This document shows positions 11,589 through 23,384 of a stretch of DNA of 64,000 nucleotides, piece after piece; positions within the stretch are counted from its first letter, which is position 1, and every line of letters begins with the position of its first letter. Where the stretch lies: the NCBI GenBank assembly GCA_030264375.1, contig JASCQW010000132.1:78404844-78468843 (forward strand). Reading direction: 5' to 3'. This stretch comes from Carcharhinus longimanus (lineage: Eukaryota). The position numbers were made by a program, and so were the translations under genes. The notes beneath the pieces were generated by a model that worked only from the letters and a program-made list of their open reading frames with translations, had not been told where the DNA came from and did no database searches.

Positions 11589-14499
11589 GTGAGGTGGGGT
11601 GTAAGAAATCACTCATTTACATGTCATGGGACTGTGACCTTGAACTGTGGACTAGTAGACATAAATTTCTAAAACTACTTCCAGACACTGAATAAACATT
11701 TCAAAAGTTAAGTGATGAAACTTTCTGGCAAATTCTGCAATTATTTAATATTAATTATTTGCACTGACATACAATATCCAATGAATGTTAATATTCATGG
11801 ATCTCAAAGGAAAACTCATATCTGTTTCAACCATATATTTCAATTAATAGTAGATTGTTGAGAATCTTTTCAATGCATAAAGAAAGCTAGTGTTGTATTT
11901 ACATTTTGAACATCATGAGTACAATTAATAAAAAGTGCATTCTTTACCAGGCTCTCAATTATGAGTTCTTATGTGTTTCATGGAATTATATATGGAGGTA
12001 ATTTTACACTAACGTAATATGGAAGCAAAATCACCAAGAATAAAACAAATAGCTGATTCAATTTACTGCCAGCAATACAAGTTCAAATTAGAATTTACAA
12101 AGATGTTCCTGAATGGGCACAGAAATTTAAACATGATAAAATAATTGCAACTCAAACATCAATTTCTGAGTGAAGGTTTGAATCAGACACCAAAGTCAAT
12201 TGGTTTGAATGCTGGCATTCAACTTCAGTATTTGATGCAGTCAAAAAATGAAGCATTTCACTGGGCTGACTTTAATATATTTAAGGATTAAAAATAAACA
12301 CAACTTATTGTTTTTGCTGATTGGTCAGTTATGTTACCAAGATAATGAGTAAATATCAAAATTGCTTTATCATTCCTGTGATATTAATTCTAAAGACTAT
12401 TACAAAAGTAGAAATTTTGATCCTGTGATTTTTTTTCTCAATATTTGTTTAATAAGTGACCAGGAAGTAATTGTTTAATACAATAAATAACAACAATGTT
12501 AGATCTGTCTGTTTTCAGAGCATTCATATGCTATGCTTTTTGTCTCTAACTCTGTTATGAATTTGCAGTGGGATAATTAGATGGAAAAGTCTCACTGTTT
12601 TAACTTCATTTTTTATGGATGAGGATGTCACTGGCAATATTTATTACCCATCTTTATTTGCCCTTGGGAAGCATGCCAAAGTTTATTTTTATTGAAATGG
12701 GCAAAATCTTTTGCTCTCTCTAGTGGCAGTGTTTAGATGGCATTTAATTGGGCAGGACAATGGTAGGCGAGCACTCCAGCTCCTTCCCACTTCCAATATA
12801 ATTAAATCTAGGGTGGGAAGGTGGGTTTTCCCACCACACTGCCAGCTGACAATTAGCATAAGTTGACAATTATTTATCACTTAAGCGCCTCATCCTACTG
12901 CCACTAATATTAAACCAACTGCAGGTGGACTTATTACCAAGTAGGGGGGAATGACAAACTTGTGTGGGCTGCTTGTTATAAACTCCTGCAAAGGCATAGT
13001 ACCTGGGATTAGGAAGGGGGCTCCACTGAATGCCACACCCTGCCCTTATGGCTGACCTATATTACACCCACTTTTCTCCTCCTATTCCATGATCCCCAAA
13101 TTATGAACCCACCCACTAATACTTACCTCTGGCTGGGTCACTTCATGATCATAGGCCTACAGTGGCTGTCGTTCCAGCAGGAGCCACAAGCCTCTAACTG
13201 AGTGACAGCTGGACCTCTGTGCCCCTTGAGCCCTGATCCTTTAGAAAGGCCCACCTCAATGGAGGCAATGCGAGTGTCTTACCAAGTCTCCAGCAGGCAG
13301 ATTTGGTCCATGTTTCTCCCAAAAGATTCCACCTAATATCTTTGTTGTAAAATGATGTTGGGAACCCAACTTAACTTAAACAGACCATCATTTCTTTCAA
13401 TTTTTCCATCTGAATTTTTGCCTGTTAGCATATTTATAAACATCTTTCTGATAATAGTAATCTATGCAATACACAGTGTGGTTATGAGTATGTGATTGCA
13501 AGTTGGTAATGGCTTGCACTATTGAGATATATTGGGAGGTACATTTTTTCACCTCCTACATCAACAGGCAGGTAATTTTTTTTGTGCTCTGCTGAATTGC
13601 ACTGTTGACTTGGAAAAGTTGGTCAAAACCTGACCCATAACTTCTGGGTTCCCCAGCATTTATTTTGGGGGGTAGCCCAGTGATGTGCTAGGGAATCTCT
13701 CCGGGAAGTTCCCATGTGAGGGTTTTCTGGCAATTACCCAGAAGTGCTAACTTCCTCTGAACAATTGCATTGGGCTGGGAACCATCTGACAGAAGTGATT
13801 TAAATCATTAACTATGGATGGTTCTGACAGTTTTGCCCTGATAATTATTCTAAAAGAGTTAGAAGGCAAAAAGTCCCTTCTAGCTCCAATGACTATTTTT
13901 CCTTCTAACTCTTTCAGAGTCACTATCGAAGCAGCCAGACCCAGTCTCGCAAAATCTGTTCTTCCCCTCCACACCACTTTGGCTCCAAACCACAACTCCC
14001 TGCAGACCCCCCGCTCCTGGCCCTGGCTTGAACCCCCTCTCTGGTCCAACCCCTACCCCCTGACTCTGGTCCAAAACCCCCTCCCTCTCCATTCTGGGAC
14101 CCTTTCCCCGCTCTGACCCACCTCTCACCCTCTCCCATCTGGTCCACCCCACCATTTACCACTGAAACTTACCTGTTCCTTTGTCCCTTTAAACATCCCT
14201 TTTAAGGCAGCTGCAGCTATAAAAGGGGATATGACTGAATATTCTGCACCCCAGTTACTTTGCACTGATTACAATTCACAGCTTTGAGTGAGTAAGGTTG
14301 AGTGAGACACGAACTGTGCAATTGTAGTGAAGATGAGCTTGCCACTCTGCGGAAGTCATGGGCCCATGTGTTTACCCCATTAGGCCCTAATAAACATATT
14401 TTTGAGGCTAAATGCCTAATTTAGACTGGTATCCTGGGGAATTGGAATTCTCTGCCAATTTGGCAGATGATGCATTTCCAGGAAAGATCTTGCCCAAAA

Positions 14500-14960
14500 T
14501 AAAAGAACTACATGATCTGGGGAAGAGCCAAATTCAACTGGTGAGAACAGATCTCGCCTGGATGAATCAGAATCAAAAATTAGCAGAGCAAACTGTAATG
14601 GGACAGTGGGCTAATTTTACAGGGAAAATAGTTTGGGTCATGTCAAAGTACATTCCCATAAAATGTAAAACAAGCAAGGCCAGAACTCCATGGAAGACAG
14701 AAACGATAGACAGTTAAGATAAAGCAAAATAAAGGGAGCATTTGGCAGATGTCAGTTGGATAATGCATTTGAAAACCAAACTGATTTTAGAAAATTCAAA
14801 TGGGAAGTGAAAAGGAATACAAGAAGTAAAGATAGAGTGTGAGAAGAGACCGGCAACTAACATGAAAGGGAACCTAAATTTTCCATAGAGATACATATTG
14901 TAAAAGGTTGATAAATGTAGGAGTGAAATGAATCAGGGACCATAAAAGGGAGTCATGGTT
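14500..14960 (+). mobile_element. Decayed CR1 ORF2 fragment (between endonuclease and RT)
   Basis: Peptide remnants W..F........KYIP.K...K..PW and EKR.A.NMK.N.K.F..Y. Confidence 0.6.
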
Positions 14961-14984
14961 CATGACTGTGGCAGTTGTCCCTTT

Positions 14985-16292
14985 AAGGAATCTGCGATGG
15001 GGATCTGCTGTTGCTAGGACCAGAAGATCCTGCTGGTGGGAATGGCTGGAAAATTCCACCATAAGTATATCAATAATATGTTAAGTTAAATTACTTTCAA
15101 AAGCTATTGGGGATAATTTTAATTTCAGGCAATAGTGGAAATGGAAAATATTGGATCAACCAGCCATGACACACTTGACAAATTTTCCTGTTAATTGATT
15201 TCGTGAAAGGTAATCGAGCAAATGGGTGACCAATTTGATACCACCTAACTTACACCATCAGCCAAAGTTCAAGTTATCCCTTTGAGATGTGAATGCAGGA
15301 TTAGCTGTGTGACTGTGAGCTTTGGCAAGGCACATCTTTTAATTCTTTCACTCATCCTGATGCACAGTCTGTAAAACCGTGATATTGGAGTTAAAATTTG
15401 TACTATGATTTGGAAGATTCCTGGTTAAGTTTTGGGACAAAGTGCTGAGTAAAATCATGAAAATCCTCGATGGAAAGAAGCAATTGGAGGCAGCCAGGGT
15501 AGAACCGAGCCCTCACTTTGGCAATTTGGTTAGTGAGTGGGTTTTGGACCCAACAATAGCAAAGACATTGTAGATGATGATTGCCAATATGATTAGGGTC
15601 ATAGAAGACAAACTCAGCATTTTGGCACAGACTTTCAATGCTCAGATTTTGAACTGCAGAGTACTGATAAGAAGCTTGATGCAGCGAAGGAAATAATTCT
15701 TATTGTCAAGAACACGGCTTTTGCAGTTGAGGCCCACTTTTAATCCTTGGAAAATCAGCCACATGGAATGTCAAATTGATCTGGGGAGCTGGGACCAGAG
15801 GAGGAATGTCCCTGTGACCGGCTTTCCAGAAGGAGGTGAGGGCAAGCTCCTAGCTGAATTTCAGAACTGGCTACCACATTTTCTTAATCTCAACACAAAA
15901 GCCGGCTGCATTAATCTTGAAGGGCCATGTCATATCCTGTGTTTGTGGCTTGCCTCTGGCTGGTAATCATGCGTTTTGATAGCTTTGGTCATGGAGGTTT
16001 AGATGAGGCTGGAAATTATTTGAAAGCCATCCGAATGCAGATTGTCCTGCTTTATCCTGCTACCTTAAGGGTGACAGCTGATGAATCCTTGAGGCTGTAC
16101 CACAATCCTATTAAGGTTTTGGCCTCTCTAAATTCCATGGATAGCAATAATTTGGAGTTATAATCTGCAATTCATTAATAATCTTGGATTTTATTACAAA
16201 ATCAGAATAGGAGTGTAATTTATCATGTTGACAGGGACAATCAAGTATATGAGCAGTGGAGTGAATTTTGGCTGCTACCTTTGAAAAGCAGG
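14985..16292 (+). repeat. Copy 1 of a locally repeated module (MITE end + AT-rich spacer + L1-ORF1-like remnant), no LTR insertion
   Basis: Collinear with 27780-29815 and 16518-16833. Peptide remnants IDLGSWDQRRNV.VTGFPEG.EG and LYPATLRV resemble fish L1 ORF1 (DLE.RSRR.N.RI.G.PE; LYPA.L.V). Confidence 0.75.
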
Positions 16293-16294
16293 GA

Positions 16295-16417
16295 CATAGA
16301 ACACTACAGCACAAACAGGCCCTTCGGCCCACTAGTTGCACCGATCACTTCTATATCTACTAAGCCATAGACCTATCTATAACCCCCAATCCCATTAGAT
16401 CCCATATACTCATCCAG
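16295..16417 (-). mobile_element. CR1 3' tail running into an assembly gap
   Basis: acatagaacactacagcacaaacaggcccttcggccc tail motif. Confidence 0.75.
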
Positions 16418-16517
16418 NNNNNNNNNNNNNNNNNNNNNNNNNNNNNNNNNNNNNNNNNNNNNNNNNNNNNNNNNNNNNNNNNNNNNNNNNNNNNNNNNNN
16501 NNNNNNNNNNNNNNNNN

Positions 16518-16833
16518 TAGATGATGATTGCCAATATGATTATGATTATAGATGACACACTCAGTTTTTTGACACAGAATTTCAATTCTGTCGTTGCTGA
16601 ACTGCAAAATACCGATAAAGAGCTTGAAGCCTCGGAAAGCATCCTTATTGTCGAGAATGCACCTTCCTTAGTTGAGGCCTGCTTTCAATCCTTGAACAAT
16701 CAGCTAAATGGTATGTCAGATATCCTGATTAATCTGGAGAGCCGGGACCAAAGGAGAAGTCTCCATGTGACTGGTTCCCAGAAGGAGCTGAGAACAAACT
16801 CCTAGCTAAGTGTTTGAGAACTAGCTACCACTA
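16518..16833 (+). repeat. Copy 2 (partial) of the L1-ORF1-like module, interrupted by the Gypsy element
   Basis: tagatgatgattgccaatatgatta is identical to 15571-15595; coiled-coil-like ORF 16521-16805. Confidence 0.75.
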
Positions 16834-19800
16834 TGTGGTGATTGATTCTTAAAGGGACAATCTGCAGACTAAGGGCCACCTGACCTGAGGAGCCAATCAG
16901 GGATTAGGGTGGAGGGCCAGCATGGTACGCATGGGCTTTAGTACTCAGAAACATTGCATGAGCTGATTGAAGCCTCTGTATAATTTAACCTGTAAATAAA
17001 CAAATTGCATTTTCCCTAAACTGGTGAACTAGCATCTTTACATTTGACAACAAAGGTAAAATAAGCAATCCTCAGTCTGTGAGTATCCAGTTTCCATTGC
17101 AATTGAATGAAGTGGAGAAAAGGAATAAGTATTTACCAAGATGATCCACTTGACTTCTCCACAGAGGAATGGACACAATATGTAGAGTGCCTTCAGTATT
17201 ACTTCCAAGTCAATGAAATAGAGGAGGAGGTGAAGCGCAAGTCAATTTTACCAAGTACATATGGAACCTAAACTTACTATCTAATTCGCAGCCTCACAAT
17301 CCCAAATATGCCCAACTCCAAATCATTCAGTGTGCTCGTGGAATTGGTGAAGTCGCATTTCCAGCCTAAACTAGCCGTTACACACCAGAGATTCATGTTT
17401 AATGCAAGGGGAAAAGCCCTAGGTGAAACAGTTGCAACTTGTATCACTAAGTTGAAACAGCTATCAGAATATTGGGATTTTGGAGCACCTTCAGTGATAT
17501 GTTACAGGATAGATTAGTCTGCGGGATGAATGACAAGGTGATTCAATGGAGATTACTTGCAGAGTTTGAAATAAATTTTAAAGAGCAATGGAGACAATAC
17601 AGGCAATGGAAAGTATTTAAAAATTTGCACAAGAGTTACAGAACACACAAAATGGCACCATTCAACAGTTCAGGCAGGAACCTGCAATCAACAGTGGCAC
17701 CAAAACTGAAGAAGTAGCCACAGGGCAGGAAACAAACTTAGTCACAAATAAAACAAGAATATTTGGAAGAGACATGTTGATTAGCAAAGTTTGAAGCAGA
17801 ATGTTACTGTTGAGATGGTAACCACTGCCCTGAATCCTACAGATATAAGGATGTTGAGTGTTTTATTGTCATAGGGAAGGCCACTTAAGGCATAGGTACA
17901 GCGGCAAGTCTACCAAGTGGCCAATTAAATAATGCATCATCAGTATATAATGTGGAAGAGTCTAACACCAACAATTTAAATTTTCACTTAATGTTTAATA
18001 TAGAAGCAGGCAAGATAGCCCCTATTACAGTAATGCTTTGAGTAATTGGGAAGCCTCTTGAGATGGAAGTTGATACCAGGACATTAGCTCCTGTGATAAG
18101 CATACATATCAGTACTTGAGAGAAGGAGTTCAACCATTCAATTAAGAGAATTCTGGCCAAGTTAACAACTTATACAGGAGAAGCAGTGAAATAATGGATA
18201 CTGCAAAGGTACTTGTAAGCAGTGGGCAACAGCTTGCCCAACTCCTAGTGATCATAGTGACAGGCACAAGGCTAAGTCTTCTTGGCTGCAGTTGGCTGAA
18301 GGAAATCAAGTTAAATTGGATCAAGATTTTTTTTAAGTGCAGGTAGGAGAACTGCTTGAACTGATGGAAGAATATTAGGACATCTTCAAGTGTGAATTAG
18401 CCAAAATAAAAGCCCTGCAAGTGAATGTCTTTGTGGACCCAGAGGCAACCCTTTGATTCTTTAGGGTGAGACCAGTACAATATGCTTTGACAGAAAGTAG
18501 AAACCATAGTTCCCGTATTGTATGCAGACCAGCCCCATCTGCATTTATGGTGATTACAAGTTAACAGTTAATTGGGCTGCCAAATTGGATAAATATTCAA
18601 TCTCAAAGATTAAAGATCTGTATGTGAAGTTGGAAGGAGGTCAACCTTATATAGAGCTGGACATGAGTCACAAATATCAACAATTTGAATTAGAGGACGC
18701 TTCCTGAGTTAATATCATGATAAACACACACAAAGATTGTTCCAATACACATGCCTGCCATTTGGCATGTCTTCAGCATATGCCATTTTCCAGAGGACAA
18801 TGGAGAGCCTGCTGCAGAGGCTGCCATGAGTTGTGGTATACCCTGATGATCTCATAACCAGATCAAAGAAATCGAACATCTACCAAACTTAGATGAGTTG
18901 CTGAAGAGATTTCAAGAGGCTGGAGTTCACCTCAAGAAGGAGAAATGTACTTTTCAAGCCAGATGTAACCTACCTGGGATAGTGTGTAGATACACAAGGA
19001 TTACACACTAGGGAAGATAAGGTTAAGACCATAAAGGAGACACCAACCCCCCAAAACACACCTGAACTCAAGTTATTTTTGGGAATTATAAATTGCTGTG
19101 GGCATTTTTTTTTATCAAACTTGTCAACGTTATTGGCCCCTTCACACATTCTGCTAAAGAAAATCAGTTGGTCTTGCAAGACTCCGAAAGAAGCTTTCAA
19201 CAGATTAGAACATTTGCTGTATTCTTCAAACTTGTTGATATGTTTTGACCCGTCTAAGAAATTGGTGTTGACCTGTGATACTTCTCCATATGGCGTTGGT
19301 GCAGTGTTGTCCCATGACATGGATGCTGGATCTGAAAGGCTAATAAACTATGTCTCAAGCGCCCTCTCAGAGGCCAAAAAAGGCTACTCACAAATTGAGA
19401 AAGGATTATCAATAGTTTTTGATGTCAAGAAATTCCTCCAGTTCTTGTATGGTAGGTACTTTACCATTATTTCTCTTGAGTCTTTTTAAAGAAGACAAGG
19501 CTATTCCACCTATCACATTGGCAAGAATTCACCATTGGGCGTTATTTCTGTCCACCGACAAAAATACATTCAAGCACCCTGGAACACACATAGCAAATTT
19601 GGATGCACTTAGCAGCCTACCTTTACAGGAAAGTGTTGCAGGTACTCCAGTATCATGGTAAATTGTCATGGCATTGAACTTTTGAACACATTGTCAATGT
19701 CAGCAAAGCAAATCACAGACTGGACTAGTCGGGATTTATCTCTGTCCAGAATGAGACAAAGATACAGGTTGAGACAATGAGCCAGTTTCTGAAGAAATTA

Positions 19801-20316
19801 AAGTATTTGTTTCCTGCAATGATGAATTGAGTTGCCAGGGTGACATCACATTCTAGGGAGCAAGAATCGTCATCCCTGTGCCAAGCAAAGGCCCACTTCT
19901 AATGGAATGACATAGTGCTCGTCTGGACATCTTAAAGATAAAGATGCTCGCCAGAAGTTATACGTGGTGGTCTGGTATTAATGCTGACATCGAGAGCCTA
20001 GACAAGTACTCTGAACAGTGCCAGTTGCAACAAAGGTTGCCTGCTACAGCCTGACTGTACCCTTGGCGATGGCTGGCTATGGGTACAAACTCATATAGAT
20101 TATGTTGGTCCATTCATGGGCACAATGTTTCTGCACAGCAAGTGGACAGATATTTTTGAGGTGAAGTCTCCTACATTGCACACTACCATTGAAAGATTTT
20201 GGCCAGGATTCTCCCAGCCCGCTGCACTACTTGAGCAGCGCAGGAGCCTGGGAGACATCAGCAGCAGCCATTTTGTGAGATTCATGTTGAGTGCCTGGGC
20301 CTCCACATGTCAACAC

Positions 20317-20570
20317 AGTAAAAAGTCTGACAACACCAGGTTTTAGTCCAACCGATTTATTTGATAATACTCACAAGCTTTCGAGNNNNNNNNNNNNNNN
20401 NNNNNNNNNNNNNNNNNNNNNNNNNNNNNNNNNNNNNNNNNNNNNNNNNNNNNNNNNNNNNNNNNNNNNNNNNNNNNNNNNNNNNACAAGCTTTCGAGGG
20501 GACTGCCTCTTCGTCAGGTGAATGGAGAGTTCTGGCCTCAGACAGAGCATATAAAGCACAGAGAGTTACA
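20317..20570 (-). mobile_element. Penelope-like terminal repeat fragment nested in the TIR element (spans a gap)
   Basis: aagtctgacaacaccaggttttagtccaac motif shared with 37661-37747; contains a hammerhead core. Confidence 0.65.
20486..20522 (-). ncRNA. Minimal type I hammerhead ribozyme motif
   Basis: Minus strand UUCAC-CUGACGA-A-GAGG-CAGUCC-CCUC-GAAA-GC-UU-GU, continued as GUGAG by the overlapping left gap flank. Both core boxes, stem II and stem I are present. Confidence 0.7.
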
Positions 20571-22716
20571 TGTCTCCCAGACCATGTTTCTGAGCGTAGT
20601 CTGCTCCACACCGGACATCAGCATGGAGCTGATTATCATATTGAAATCAGCTTTTCAAAATGATTAGCGGGCCTGGAACAGTTTTCTCCAGCCTGCTAAC
20701 ATCGAGTGCTTCCCTCCAGCAGCATTTACAACTAATGGGGAACAGGCACTTGACCTCGCTGGAAAGAACAGAGGCCATTGAGGCCACCCCCCCCCCCCAG
20801 TGTGGTCAGGGGTAAGGGGGCTGCCCCTTGAATAATGCCAGACTAGCAGTGCCATCTTGACACCCTGGCACTGCGCACTGGGCTGTCAAGTGGGTGGGCC
20901 AGATGGGGCAGCAGCTTTTGGGTGGGTGATCATGGTGGGAGGAACTTGCTGCCACTCTACAAGAGGATTGGTGGAAGAGGAAGGGAGTGAGAGCTCTCAG
21001 GGATGGCCTTTGGTAGGGGAGGTGGCATAGGGTTATCCAGGGGTGGGGTGGGGTGGGGGTCTCAGGCCTGGTAGAGGGGGCACAGAGATTGAGGTTGGCC
21101 CAGGGAGGTCCGGGAAGCCAACAATCGGGAGATGGGGGTGGGGGAAGGGCTCAGAGGGCCCTCAGAGGGGAGTTGTGGGGCTGACCAGCCATCTGGAGGC
21201 CATCTGTCGGGAGGCTGACAATGGGGGGCCACTGCGCATGTGCTGATCTCTGCGCTGATGGATCAGCACATATGCAGCAGTCTCTCTGCGCTGGGCTACT
21301 AGCCACTTGGACAGGAACACACTCCAGCCCCCACTCTCCAGAGTGCATGCCACTGAGACACTCTACAGTGCTCAGAGTATCGGAGATTCACTCTGGTAAG
21401 TACGTTTCAAAAAAACGTGGGAATTACTCCCATTATCCCCCACTTTGGAAACTTAGATTTTTTGGGGGGAGAATCCCAGCCGATACCAATGTTTTCCACG
21501 CTCAGAATACCTGAAATCATCGTGTCTGACGATGCTGTCAGTACTCACAATGCTGAGTTTCAGAACTTCACTACAGCCAATGGTATAAAGCACATTATAA
21601 CTGTGCCTTACCACCCAGCACCTAATGGACTAGCTGAGTGTCCACCCAAAACTTAGTTCTGGCTTAAAGAAGCAGTCAAGAGGAACCTTGGAGACCAGAA
21701 TCTCATGTTTCCTTCTGGGCTACCAAACCACTCCACATGCAGCAATGGGAGTCCCGCCAGCAGAGTTGTTAATGAACCGACAACACAGACCAAGATTGAG
21801 CCTCATGTTTCCAAATTTGCTGGGGAGCATAGAGGACAGCCAAAGCAGTCAGAAGGCAAGTCATGAATCATGTCAGTCAACACAGTCATTTATGGTGAAT
21901 GACGCTATGAAAATTTGGTCATGGATTGAGATGGTTCCCTGGAATCGTTGTCTCAAAAACTGGACCCTTGTTTTATTTAGTGGATGTAGGAAGAAGAATC
22001 ATTTGAAAGCACATAGATCATTTGAGAAAAAGAGAAATGCTGCAGCAGCCAGTTTTGACATCAGGAAGGAAAGTGCCAATATCAAATGTTGCTGACTGTT
22101 TTAGTGCTGAACTACCTGGTCCTCCTTTAGCAGGCACAACCGACATCTCCATGGAAACACAGAACTGAAATACCTGTGCCTGAAGAGACATCTGTCATTG
22201 TGGTTTTGGCTGGCAGCAATTCTGTGAATGCGCCCCAGACAGAGGAGTTATACTGCTCCACAAGGATTTGGAAATCCCCTGAAAGATTTGACGCATGATT
22301 GACTGAATTCACATACTAAATATTGAATCATGGGTGACTGTAATTGAGTATTGACATTTGTATGAACAGAGGTTGAGGGGAAAAATGTGGTGATTGCCTC
22401 TTTAAGGATCTGTCTGCAGAGTGAGGGTCAAATAAGCCAATTGGGGAGCAGGGTGGGGGAATCACCCGCACAAGCACGTGCTTCTGTACTCGAGTCATCT
22501 CAGGAGCTGGTTGCAGCCACGAGGCTGAAAGCCTCTGTGTGATGGTGACCTGTAAATAAACAAGTTGTGTTTTCTCCAAACCAGTGATCGAGCATCTTTT
22601 CAATGACCGAGGTATTAAATTAATACTTTGCATACGTCCTTACCAAGAAAGCTGCCTAAGTCATAGATGAAGTGATTGTTGTTGAAACACTGTATAGAAG
22701 GTATTAAATTGGGTGG

Positions 22717-22950
22717 ATTGCTGCTTCATAGTGCCAGGGACCTAAATTCAATTCCAGCTTTGGGTCACTGTCTGTGTGGAGTTTTTGCAATCTCCTGTAC
22801 CTGCTTGGGTTTCCTTCAGGTGCTCCGGTTTCCTCCCACAGTCCAAAGATGTGCAGGTTAGGTGGATTGGTCATACTAAATTGTTCCTTAGTGTCCAAAG
22901 ATGTGTAGGTTAGATGCATTAGCCGTGGAAATGTACGGGGCTGTGGGGTT
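22717..22950 (+). mobile_element. HE1/V-SINE, truncated
   Basis: V-domain ...gtgctccggtttcctcccacagtccaaagatgtgc. Confidence 0.85.
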
Positions 22951-23384
22951 ACTTCTATGGAGTGGCAATCAGTGTCAAAATGCCATTTCGCTCCTAGTTT
23001 CTCACCTGAAAATTCTGTTCATCTTTTCTCACCCAACCTTCTGACTCTGGGTGAGAACTATCCAGTGCAGTGTAGTTCTGACGCTTTCTGTCAGGGGCTA
23101 CAGAGTTGAGGCAAGTAGACGACACCCACTTTTGTTAGAAAAAGGCCAGAGTAAAGCAACAGGAAGCAATTTAAATTCCTCTGACTTTTTCTCCATAAAT
23201 ATTGCTGCAGGACAGTTGGAACTATTCCAAGTTTTCAATTTAAATTACATTTTTAGATGATCACCAGTGCAGGGCAATTGCCCATTGGACATTTGAACTT
23301 CCTGGGCAATTGCCCTGCAATCCTTAGCTAAGAACTCTCGGGTGGAGGGTAGGAGGGATTCCCCAGAACACTTGGAGCTTGCAA

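Larger units (their letters stand above)
20201..21481. mobile_element. About 1.3-kb TIR element inserted in the Gypsy integrase
   Basis: ggccaggattctccc ... gggagaatcccagcc inverted termini. The integrase reading TTIER / PMFSTL.IPEIIVSD resumes on either side. Confidence 0.8.
16834..22602 (+). mobile_element. Decayed Ty3/Gypsy LTR retrotransposon (Mag-clade-like gag-pol)
   Basis: LTRs at 16834-17042 and 22386-22602 (TG...CA, internal aataaa); PBS-like tttgacaacaaagg at 17043; purine tract before 22386. Gag FD...EEWTQYVE.L..YF..NEI, Zn-knuckle remnants, protease MEVDT (about 18063), RT YPDD (about 18838), RNase H LTCDTSPYGVGAVL, integrase IVSD and YHPAPNGLAE. Many stops and frameshifts. Confidence 0.92.
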
